Positions 12,082 through 22,750 of a stretch of DNA of 64,000 nt are shown in pieces. Under the pieces are notes generated by a model that made no database searches, was not told where the DNA came from, and saw nothing but the letters and a program-made list of their open reading frames with translations. Within the stretch, counting starts at the first letter, position 1, and every line of letters starts with the position of its first letter. Source of the DNA: Gekko japonicus (taxonomy: Eukaryota). Position numbers and translations under genes: made by a program. Location of the stretch: positions 1,290,281 to 1,354,280 of the forward strand of contig NW_015163095.1 of NCBI RefSeq assembly GCF_001447785.1, in the 5' to 3' direction.

Positions 12082-15000
12082 CTATCGGGAACGGTTCTTC
12101 ATTTTCTGCCTCATCTTTTTGCCAGGCCTCTTCTACAAAGGAAAAAAATGAAGCATTGGTGATTTTCCCCTTACCTTATTCCCACTCTGTCCCAGAAAAT
12201 ATACTCCCCAAGCAGCTCAGTTGTAGAAAGAAATTCCTGAGAAATCTAGATGGATACTGATTATTAAAACTACAAAATTACCTGTTTTCCCCAAGTCATC
12301 CAGAATATAATTCTCCCTACTTCCCAGTGCAATAATGGTCTATCCCCCTCATTCTAGTCCAGGACAGATACTTACGTTAGCACCCTTTTTTCCTGCTTTC
12401 CCTGAGCCCTTATAGTGGGCTACACCAGCACGAAAGCTGGACACGTCATTGTGACTTTCTCGAGTGTTCCACTTGGACCCTTTCTTTTTACCACCAAAAC
12501 CAAATTTCTGATTCTTGTAGCGTCGTTTGGCATTTGGTCTGGAAAAAAAGCAACATCCATGATGGTTGGGTACAAGGCTACTGTTTACCTGCCATCCTGC
12601 CTTTTCAACAAAGAAGGAACTTCCCTTGCCTCTGCCTTCCGAATCATACATACATAAACAGAGATAACAAACTGTTTCTTACGTCACCATACTCTGAAGG
12701 GTTCCCCAGTCTTGTTCAGCCTCTGAGCAGTATTGGATTTTTGAAAACACACATACATAAACAGAGATAACGAACTGTTTCTTACTTCACCATACTTTGA
12801 AGGGCTCCCCAGTCTTGTTCAGCCTCTGAGCAGCATTGGATTTTTGAAAACAAGAGTGGGTGCAACTACAAAATGGCAGCCACAGGAGGCAATCACAAAA
12901 TAATTGCCATAGGGTGCTGGGACCAATCACAAATGTTGGGAGGTTTATAGCCCAGCATCCTATGATGGAGGCAGCTCCCAGCAGACACAGAAGTGATATA
13001 TCATGGGTTCCTCTGAAGCACTCCGTAAGGTTGCCAGCCTCCACATGGGACCTGGGAATCCCCAGGAATTACCGCTGATCTCCAGACAATAGAGATAAGT
13101 TTCCCTGGAGAAAATGGATGCTATGGAGGTTGGACTCCATGGCATTGTACCCCACTGAGGTGCCTATCCTCCCCAGGCTCCAATCTCCAAATCTCCAGAC
13201 ATTTCCCAACCTGGATCTGGCAACCCTACCCCCCTTCCCCTGCCGGTGGCCAGGGAGGACTTGGCAACCCTATGCTCCGGTGAAGTGGAGGAAATCCAGG
13301 GTTGGCTCTTTGCTTTGTCTAACAGCAAATAGGAAACCTGCTAATGGGTACCACATTGGGGATCACTGCTCTAAAATAAAGGTTATTTTGTTCAATGCAC
13401 AATGGATACACGAACAGCCACCATATGATTTAGGTCTCAGCAGCCCCAACACACCACATTAGTCTTCCAGCTAGCTGCAATAACCAAGTTCCAAGGCAGT
13501 GCTAATCCCACATGCTCAAAGTCACAATGCAGCATTCCTTTGAAATCTGATGATTTTAAAACATGAAGCTCCTTTCTGTCATCTGGTTACTTTCACACAC
13601 TGTCCTTATGTTTTGAAGCTTATGCAAGAACCAGAAATCTGTATTTTAAAAACTAACAATTCAAACTAAAAAACATATGGTTCAAAAATATACTTTTGAG
13701 AGCTGAATATTGTCTCCCATTTCTCAGCTGAGAAATGTTTTGCGTGTCAGCTCAACACCAACAGAATATACAACAGTAAAAATACCTTTCAGCGGATCAA
13801 TTTTTGTTCTAGGAAAAGTGTGCAAACATTTGAGTTACACAACTTCTCAGACGAAAAAAATGATTTAATAAAAGGCCTATTAATAGAAACATGAAAGTGG
13901 AGTTTCTGGCTGAAATCCCTCCACTTGCAAAGGTCTTACCCTTTCTTTATCACTTGGCCTCCAGGCCCCTCTTTCTTTTTGCCCTGAGAAAGTGGTGGCT
14001 GTTCTCCCTCCAGGAATTCCAGCTTGTCTGAGAGACCTGAATAAAGAATTGCATGGATGCCAAGCCACAGAAGAATGTTAAAATAAGCTTTAGCCCTCAA
14101 TGGACAAGATCTCTACATGTAAGCACTTTTGAAATGTTTCATGATGTCATGTCATAGGTCGTTATAACTTCCATTTGATAGATGGAGAGATGTAGACTGT
14201 GCAGCAACAGCAACACTAAACATAATGAAGTTTGAGTCCAGTGGCACCTTTAAGACCATCAAAGTTTTATTCAAGGTATGAGCTTTTGTGTGCATGCACA
14301 CTTCCTCAGACACAATGAAACGGAAATTACCAGTCCATACATATAGGTAGAGGGTGAACAGCAAATTAGCATACAACATGGGATAATGAGCTAAGTTTAT
14401 ATGGTCACCATTTGTTTGGATTTAATTTGGGGGGGGACACAGTGAAGTAAATATGTCAAAATTAGAGACTGATATGTAAATGTATAGTTCCTCATTGTGG
14501 AATCACCCCACCTCAAAGAAAAGGATGCTGTTAGTTACCTCCATGTTTGAGCGGAGACAGATGGAGCATAACAACAGTCGCTCCAGTCACCAGACCAGAC
14601 AAATACATACCAATCTACTATTCTAAATGACATTACATTCTAATATTCATTGCATTACAATCACTATTCCAATCTACTATTGCAAATAAGAAATATACTG
14701 AAGTAAAGAGGATGTATAGCTCTTCTTGGTGAGACTACAGATGTAAGGACTGAATGAGTTTAGCATATGAAGTGAGATAAGAAACCAATATCCCTGTTAA
14801 GTCTTGTGGGGTTGTTCCAAGTATTGTAATAACTTTTAATTCAGTGATTTCCCTTTCCGGCCTGTTCCTAAAGTTCCTTTGCAATAAAACAGCTACTCTG
14901 AGGTCACCCATTGAATGTCCTGGAAGGCTGGAGTGTTCTACAGGTTTCTCATCCTTGTGATTCTTGATGTCAGATTTGTGTCCATTTATCCAACCTAGCA

Positions 15001-18000
15001 GTTCGAAAGCAAGAAGTTGCTAGTAGATAAATAGGTACCACTTCGGTGGGAAGGTAACAGTGTTCCGTGCGCCTTGGTGTTTAGTCATGCCGGCCACATG
15101 ACCACGGAAATGTGTTCGGACAGCGCTGGCTCTTCGGCTTGAAAACAGAGATGAGCATCGCAACCCTAGAGTCGGATTCGACTGGCTTTCGAGCAAGGGA
15201 ACTTGGGCATAGGGTTTGACTGTTTCCCCTATGTAGAGAACCAAAGGGCATCGCTTCACTGTGTTTCGCCCCCAAATTAAATCCAAACAAATGGTGTCAT
15301 ATAAACTTAGCTTATTATCCCTGTTTGATCCTTGCATCTGTTAAAACATCATCATGTTGTATGCTAATTTGCTGTTCACCCTCTACCTATATGTACGGAC
15401 TGGTAACTTCCATTTCAATGTGTCTGAGGAAGTGTGCATGCACACAAAAGCTCATACCTTGAATAAAACTTTGACTAAAATTGTGTTCTACTGCTTCAGA
15501 CCAACACAGCTACCCACCTGGAACTAAACATAACAGTAACTGATGATCAGAGGGACTCAAATGCATCTAGTAAAGCTACCAGGAAAGACAGGTACAGACC
15601 ACCATCCCTTCTTTCTGGCATTCACAGCCCAGAAGCCTAACATGTAACAATGAATTAATGTAAAATATACCAATTTAGGGACACTGATAGTGCAGTCTTA
15701 AGAAGTGTTACATCCTCCTAAATCCACTGAAGATGCTAACTATGCCAGAGTCTCTTAAAGACTAGCCAACTGAATGGGGGGGGGATTAATGTTTCCACCA
15801 TTAAAGCGTGGGGTAGGGTTTCCCCTTCAGCAAATACTGATGTTTGTGGATCCTGCAGATAACGAGCTGCCACTGACCAGAACCTAGGACCAAATTACAT
15901 ACTATCTGCTGGGATAATCGTTGACTACAACTATTGGCATCTTAACTGGCTTCTGCTATGCAGTGGTAATCAGAGATCCCTACATATTTTCCCACCTCAG
16001 ACACTTCATACACTGATACTCTGATAACGTAGCAGAGGAGGAAGGGAGAGAAATGTGGAATACTTCACCTTTCTGGTATTTCTTGACTGCATGCAACATT
16101 GAGGTCTTCTCCTTCTGCCTCTTCTGCAGCACCTCCGTTTGCACCTGTGAAGAAGCAGAGAATGAGCCTTGCTCTTCCTTGTATCCCAGTATTTCCCCTT
16201 TTGTGTACAAATATGCATTCACACACACTTCCCACTGCACATCAAGATTCCTATTTGTTTATCCGTAGCAACTGGATTCCTCTTGCAAAGGACTACACTT
16301 TGAGAACTTCCAGACAATTTGGTGTGCCAGCTCTCCCTTTCAGTTCAAGGGTTGTGGCCCTTGTCCCAGATCTTCTCCTCACCTTTTTGCCATATTTCCT
16401 CAGAGCACGGAGCTTTTTAGCCCTTTCAGACTTCTCCATGGCTTCTTGTTTGCTCTTCAGCTTTTGACGAATCTAATGAGGAAAGACCAAACAACATGCA
16501 TGCACTTGGGATTTGTTTACAACAGTAACCCTGTTCACAGGCTTCACTGCATCTTTTAAAGAGTGCCATGTTCCTAAATATGGCACTTCCATAATTTCTG
16601 CAATATAGCTATTACACAGGAAATCGGGACACCATGCAGAAGAGCAGTCATGTTAGCCTATAATGCCCATGAAGATACTTCCCTTACTCACTAGCAAAAG
16701 TCAGCTGTGCTGTAGCATCTCGCATAACAATTCTGGCAGCAATGATCCAATTTATTATCACCACCTTTGAAGAGGGAGATTAGGATGCCAAATCATATTA
16801 GTGATTTTTAATACTGAAGCTATGCTATGGTCATTAATCTGATCTAAATAATAGACTATAAAGCTATGTTCCTGTGTTCAGTCCTTACATTGAGGACAGC
16901 ATGGCGACAACTGTGCTTACTCCTTATGTAAAAAGATATCTACAATATGATAGAAAACATCAGTCAGGACCTCAAGCAAATGGAATATATTGATGAAATA
17001 CTGATAAACTGAGCAAATAGCCACAGTGCATAGAAGATGTGCTGATTTACTGATCACTCCAATTAATCTTATTTATCTAAACTTGCCTTACACCAGAGTT
17101 CATATAAGAAATAACAACATCCTCAACTACTAGTAGTATCAGTTTCTCTCTTCTGCTTCGTAAGCCATTATGTTCCACCCAAGACCACTGCAAGACCACT
17201 GAAGTCATCTTCAGGATGTGAGCCACCTCACACTGGACCGGCAAAGCAGCAAGACAATGAATTATCTGCAGTACAGTGCACACTGCACAGAACTTTGCAA
17301 AGGCTGTTATTTTCTCCATTTCACTCTTCTATCTTTCTTGGAAGCATTTTTATGTGGAAACCTCAATGTACCAGATTGGAAGTGCTACATTTCTGGACCT
17401 GACAGGATCCATCTACAGTTATAACAGATATGGTGGGGGGATTAGAAGCCATATAGCTTACCTTATGAGAACCAGTGTATAGTGATTAAACTATTGACAA
17501 ACAGAGGACTCACAAGGGACTCACAGGTGAGAGGAAATCCCATCCTCCACGCTGGTGCTCACTTCCTATTCTTCTCTCAGCTGCTACCATCTCCTCTTAT
17601 TCCCCACTTGCTGTCACAACCATTGACCTTCCTCCCTCTCATCAACCCTCCTGGTCTTGCACTGTCTTCAGTCATTCCTTTTTTAAAAACTGTCTGGTTG
17701 TACAGGGCATCTAGGTAATCCTGTAATGCTGCCTGTGATCTCAGTCAGCCTTCTTTTTTAAAGTTGCAACGTGGGCATAGACTCACACATAGCTTTTCCA
17801 TTCACAGGTGGGGTTTTTTTAAATCCCTTTTCCCCACTTTTACTTTTTAAACTTTTGGGATTTTTCTGCAAACATTACATTTGTAGAAATATCTCATAGT
17901 ACTCTATCAGACCATATTTTGAAAGGGGGGGGTGTCACTGTATTTTATTGTATTTTAAATCACCTTGGGGACAACAGTTGAGAGGTGGTCAATTAAAAAA

Positions 18001-21000
18001 TGAAACTACAACGGTCCCAGACTAACCTACCTGTTAAGCTTGTTGTGAAGACCAAACAAAGGGGAGAACCTGAGCTCTTTTGGAGAAGGGAAGAATATGA
18101 TAGATACCTTCTGCATCTGCTGGTCAGATTTTGCCATTTCTGCAAAATAATCATCAGGCCGCCTAGTAGGGACTTTGAGCCGATGTAGCTGAGGTAAGGC
18201 TTCCAGCACAGACGCTTGAGCCTGATGATAACTGGGAAAATAAAAAGAATTACATCAACACGTTTAAATCCTGTTTGTACTTTGTGTATTTCATGCCCTG
18301 GCAAGGTAGATAAGTGGATTTCAGGCTCTTTGTTGTTGTGCCATGCTAACACATATTTGGAGAACATAAAAGCACAACTAGTCCCTCTTTATTTATTTAT
18401 TATTTACATTTTTATCCCGCCCTCCCCGGAGGCTCAGGGCAGCTTACACGGCATATCGCCAAATCATACAATAGAACAATAAAAACATTTAAAATATTAA
18501 AACACATCACAGTCATAAACAAATTGTGGTGCTCCTCTCCTAAAAACAAGATGGCTGTCTCCTAAAACGTCCCATTCTCATCCAAAGTGCCCGCATCATG
18601 GTGACCCTGTACATAAATCATGGGGCGTTGGTGGTACAATGGCGATGGCGGCTCCTATTCTTTCTCTCCTTTGTCACCTAAAATTGTCATTGTCGTCAGG
18701 ACATACATTGTCTTGTTGAGGCCACATTCACATCTCCCTCATATGTCTTGTTTTGTATTGCATTGCTCTGTTCCACAGAGGTATCAAGCAGCTCATGGCA
18801 ATTGCCTTCTGGAAACTTGCTGCTATAACATGCATTCTTCCTTGTCCATGTGATCCTCACTTTTCTCCCTTGTTCCCGTCTCACAGACATTAATACTAGC
18901 ATGTAATTTGCAGTGCAACATACTAAGTTTTCAAAAAGCATCTCATATACATGGACTTAAAAGCTCATCTTTCTCACGGAGTCGTCCTTGTGGTCAATGT
19001 GTGGAATTTCTTGTCTCACAGCAGAACTTCAGCTGGGGAACTTGTGGCCTACGGGCTTTAGGTGCAGGCTTCCTCCCAACCACTAGACTATGGTGTTTGT
19101 TGATTGGAATGGTAGCACTTTCTTCCCTACTTGATCCAGTTTCTTTTAACTGGCAAAAAGGTAGTAGTTTGCAAACGTTGATGGGCTATGTTTGGTTCCT
19201 AGGAACATTTGAATTCCTTATCTGAAGGGAGTCTTGGAGCTTATGATTACAAGCATCAGTTGCTGTCCTTGTAAACACTGGGCTATGGGTGACCTCGGAC
19301 AATGGAGATGCTCTGGGCTCTCTGTGTGTGAGCAGTGTGTGTAGGGGAATGGGCAGGAGCATTACGTGTAGGGAAATAGGCAGAGTAGAGTGATATGACC
19401 ATGGCACTGTGGCCGCTGCAATGTATTGATTAACTGTGCAGAACACCCATGAGGGGAACAGTGTGCACTGATGATGTGACTGATGTCAGAATTTCTAGGG
19501 ATACTGCAAGAGTGGCTAAGCTAACTTTTCTTTCTACAGCTCTTGTACTGACTTTCCTCCCATATGCACAGGATGAGAAATCTACCTAGTATACTTTGAT
19601 CAAATGTAGTACACTATTGTGAGCCCTGTCACAGCAGTCATCCAGCACAGCAGGACCACAGGACTTCATTGGCAAGACACATTAAAAAAAATACAGTTTG
19701 TTCTTTGCCCCAGAAAGTGTAAACACTGTATATAGTGTATCCAGCAAGCTCCTTGGAAGCCACTCATATACACAGACTTACAAACTCATCTCTCTCTTGA
19801 AGTCATCCTCAGGGTCGACAGCAACTTTATCAGGCATGTGACTAGAAGCAACATTTTTTTCCAGACAAGAAGCCACATCAAGCCTTTCTACCCAGGCTAA
19901 ATGTCTCTGGAATTCGGATAGACACTGTTTCAATCCATCCTAGAAAGAAGCACATTAACAGTGATTAAGTGGAACATGTAAGACCTTTTCTACATTGACT
20001 GGTATATCATCTTACCAAGAAAAGCACTAGGAATCTGAAAGGTTCCTGCCCAAACACACCCTAAAGACATCATGACAACCTCCGCATTAATACATCCATT
20101 CCCCAAAAGTATTTGATAACTCTCAGATGCCCATCCAACATAGTATGCAATGTTTAAAGGTTGCTTCTTTGCTATATGGATGTCTGTGTTGTTTGAGTGT
20201 CAGTCTCCTCCCATCCAACTTCAACAAGCAAAAGAAATTCAGCTGCAACAATAATAGCAAAACCCAAGGAAGACACAGAAGGTTCCTACTGAATCTAAAG
20301 GGAACTAAATAAATTACTGTATTATAATGCTTTACCAAAAAAGTTATAATTTCTTTTACTAAATAAATAGCAATATTTTTACTTGCCCCTTCCTCTATGA
20401 TCCAAGGGGATAATGCAGCTACCACCCTATATATCTTTTGTATAACACCTTAAAAAAAACAAAAAACCCCAAAGCCATTCCAAAAATGGAATACCTGGCT
20501 GTCAAGTATTAAGCTCAAGTACAACTGAACAGAGTGACTGATGCCCCAGCTACATACTAAGTTCATAACCTGGAAGCTCGGCATGCCAACAAAGGTCATG
20601 ATCACCTAGTACTCACCACATTGTTGAAAGCCTTTGGTCGTCCCTCAAGTACAACATTTAGACCTGGCTTTAATAAACCTTTAGTAAACGCTTTCTGAAG
20701 CTATATTAGAAAAAAGAGACACATAAATAGCATTCCAGGAAACTGATCCTCACAAATGTCAAAGAAATTAGCTCAGCCACCCTCAACTCTTGATGAAAGA
20801 ATGTGTGAAAAACAAAAATATACAGATGAACACCTGGAAGTATACCCGGATTGAGGTGCTCATACTGTTGTCTTACCCTTACAGGAGTACATTTAGCTTG
20901 AAAGACTAAATATATGTTACTGAAAATTCATACAATATTTGAAACAAACCTCAGCACAGCCCAAGTCACCATATTGCCTTAGGCAAATCAGTAGTCTCTC

Positions 21001-21982
21001 CATTATCAGCCCCCCCCCCATATGGAGACCAATATATTGGGCTACCTTACAAGGCTACTGTAAGGACTTTTGAGATAATATATATTTGATACACATTCTC
21101 TCATTATAACAAAAGTGATTTGTTGCAATACATGTAACACCCTACATTAAATATCATGAGGTATAATACAGTACTTCTATCACAAGTCACTCTAAAAAAA
21201 CCTGTGAAAAACCACTACTGTTTTCATACCTAGGAACTAAATACACCATGACCCTGCTAAGCTGAAAGAATGGCTTTTCACAGTAGTCTATAAAACAAAA
21301 AGACCCTAATAACCAGGGCTATTTTTGGGCTGCCTTCCGATTTGGCCACGCCCCTTTTGCATCGTTCCTTCTCTTTTCCTTTCCCTCCTTCTTTCCTTCT
21401 CTCCTTATTTCTTCCCCTCCTTTTCTTCTCTTTCTTTTCCTTTCTCCTTCTCTTTCTTTCCCTTCTTTTTCTTTCCCTCCTTCTTTCCCTCTCTCCTTCA
21501 TTCTTCCCCTCCTTCTCTTTCTTTCCTTCTCGCCTTTCTCCTTCTCTTTCTTTCCCTCCTTCTTTCCTTCTGGTTCTTTCCCTCCATTCCTTCTCTCTCT
21601 CTCTCTTTCTGCGCAGATCTGTGCATTCCCCCCCACCATACCTAGCAATCCAAAACAGTCCAGTGGCACCTTTAAGAGGTACAAGCTCTCCCTACTCTGT
21701 GAGAGCAGATCTGTGCTGTCAGGGGTGTGGCCTAATAGGCTAATTAGTTCCTGCTGTTGGGTGTGGCCTATTATCTAATTAGTTCCCGCTGGGGGTTTTC
21801 TAATACCATCAACCACCATTATCCACTATGGGACACAGCCTGACCATACTGTTAGAACTATATCTCGTGGCACAGCAGAGCAACCCGAAATTCACCCTCA
21901 CTATTGAACACACAGTCAAACGTACCTCTCGGTCAGTGACAACAGATTCTTCAGAATCTGAGGACGTTGAGAAATCTTCCAT
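12082..21982 (-). CDS. EBNA1BP2: EBNA1-binding protein 2 (Ebp2, pre-rRNA processing), 299 aa
   Basis: Coding exons 21982-21926, 20700-20617, 19939-19782, 18231-18108, 16472-16383, 16144-16069, 14036-13940, 12538-12376, 12132-12082 (900 nt, TAG stop). Ebp2 motifs LAWVERLD, DDFKREMSFYHQA, RRPDDYFAEMAKSD, KFGFGGKKKGSKWNT, KRPGK. A 5' non-coding exon probably ends at 22340 (GTGAGT donor) and splices to 22040. Candidate ATTAAA at 11905-11900. Confidence 0.96.
12648..12852. repeat. Tandem duplication, two ~103-bp units, in an EBNA1BP2 intron
   Basis: ACATACATAAACAGAGATAAC...GGATTTTTGAAAACA starts at 12648 and again at 12751, with ~5 substitutions. Confidence 0.92.
13026..13272. mobile_element. hAT (Tip100-like) MITE
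   Basis: Termini TAAGGTTGCCA / TGGCAACCCTA; extra internal TGGCAACCCTA at ~13218; flanks share CTCCG (decayed TSD). Confidence 0.65.
14222..15525 (-). mobile_element. Penelope-like retroelement remnant (GIY-YIG endonuclease fragment with inverted terminal repeat copy)
   Basis: Minus-strand LYIGET (~15240-15220), then after the SINE INGHKSDIKNHKDEKPVEHSSLPGHSMGDLRVAVLLQRNF...EREITE (14989-14800). Inverted repeat 14260-14447 versus 15254-15473, each containing CTGAGGAAGTGTGCATGCACACAAAAGCTC. Confidence 0.8.
14990..15204 (+). mobile_element. Sauria SINE, 5'-truncated, inserted in the Penelope element
   Basis: CCAACCTAGCAGTTCGAAAGC...GTAGATAAATAGGTACC...GGCCACATGACC...GAGATGAGC...CTAGAGTCGG; near-identical to 48067-48280. 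Confidence 0.85.
18388..18620 (-). mobile_element. L2 LINE 3' end
   Basis: TTTATTTATTTATT...TTTATCCCGCCCTCCCCGGAGGCTCAGGGCAGCTTACA mirrors the L2 3' end at 62670-62730; right boundary approximate. Confidence 0.55.
21360..21610. repeat. Polypyrimidine/polypurine low-complexity tract inside a probable truncated hAT-type MITE (~21314-21800)
   Basis: About 250 bp of almost pure C/T. The host begins CAGGGCTATTTTT and has GGGTGTGGCCTA..CTAATTAGTTCC units like the end of the MITE at 3054-3506. Confidence 0.75.
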
Positions 21983-22339
21983 GTCTGCCTGGAGCACTGC
22001 ACGCTGCGTTCTGGAATACCTAAACTTCGCCACCACCAAACTGTAGCAGGAAAAAAAATTAATGAAGCACACTCCTTCCCAAAGATCATGAAAGAGATGC
22101 GGTAGGTTTGCCTTTGGTAGCGCTCCTGAACCTTTATCAAAAACCCAGCAGAGGAGGGCTCCCCACCATATCTACATATCGAGAAAACCTCTACTCGACT
22201 AATTTCTGCTCATCACAGAAAACCTTGACCAGGAAACAACATGACAGTCTTAGATGCAAACCCGAGCTTGAAATTTCCAGTCGGAGACTCCAGACCAGCC
22301 TCCAAATGCAAGAAGGGAAAAATGCCCCCACTTACTCAC

Positions 22340-22750
22340 CACAACCAACCACGCTCTCACAATTCACGAGGAAGCGTGCAACACTACTTCCGGCCCCCGA
22401 GAGCCCGCAGTTATGTACTTCCGACTCTGCTTGGACGCTTTTTCGCCGTGCTTCTGGGACGCCGTCTCCATGGCAACCAGTTCTGCGGCCCTTGTTCTTT
22501 TAGTCTTCTCTGTCCAGAGTCAGGGATCATTTCAGCGAGCGCGGCCGAGATCGCGAGCCGGAGCCCGAGGGAAGAAGCCTGGGTACCTGTGGGAGAACGA
22601 GAAGTGGAAATGAAAAGAGCATCGGCGGGGAAAGATTTGCGGAAGGCTTGAGGAGCCCCGAGGAGGCGGCGGCTGTGGGAGAGTAACGTGCGGCGGGGAC
22701 TCTAACGTTTGTGTCTGTCTTCCAGCACAGGTTGCTGAATCTCAGGCGCC
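22340..22750. promoter_or_regulatory. Bidirectional CpG-island promoter EBNA1BP2 / CFAP57
   Basis: CpG-rich; ETS/GABP-type ACTTCCGG (~22386) and ACTTCCGA (~22417); RFX X-box GTCTCCATGGCAAC (22464-22477); divergent genes. Confidence 0.78.

Noticed and set aside
19469-19490. TGATGA...CTGA C/D-box-like pair in an EBNA1BP2 intron
   Set aside because: Antisense to the host gene, and the boxes are far too close for a snoRNA.
21319-21743. ORFs encoding K/E/R-rich or F/S/L-rich proteins
   Set aside because: Translation artefacts of the CT-rich low-complexity tract.
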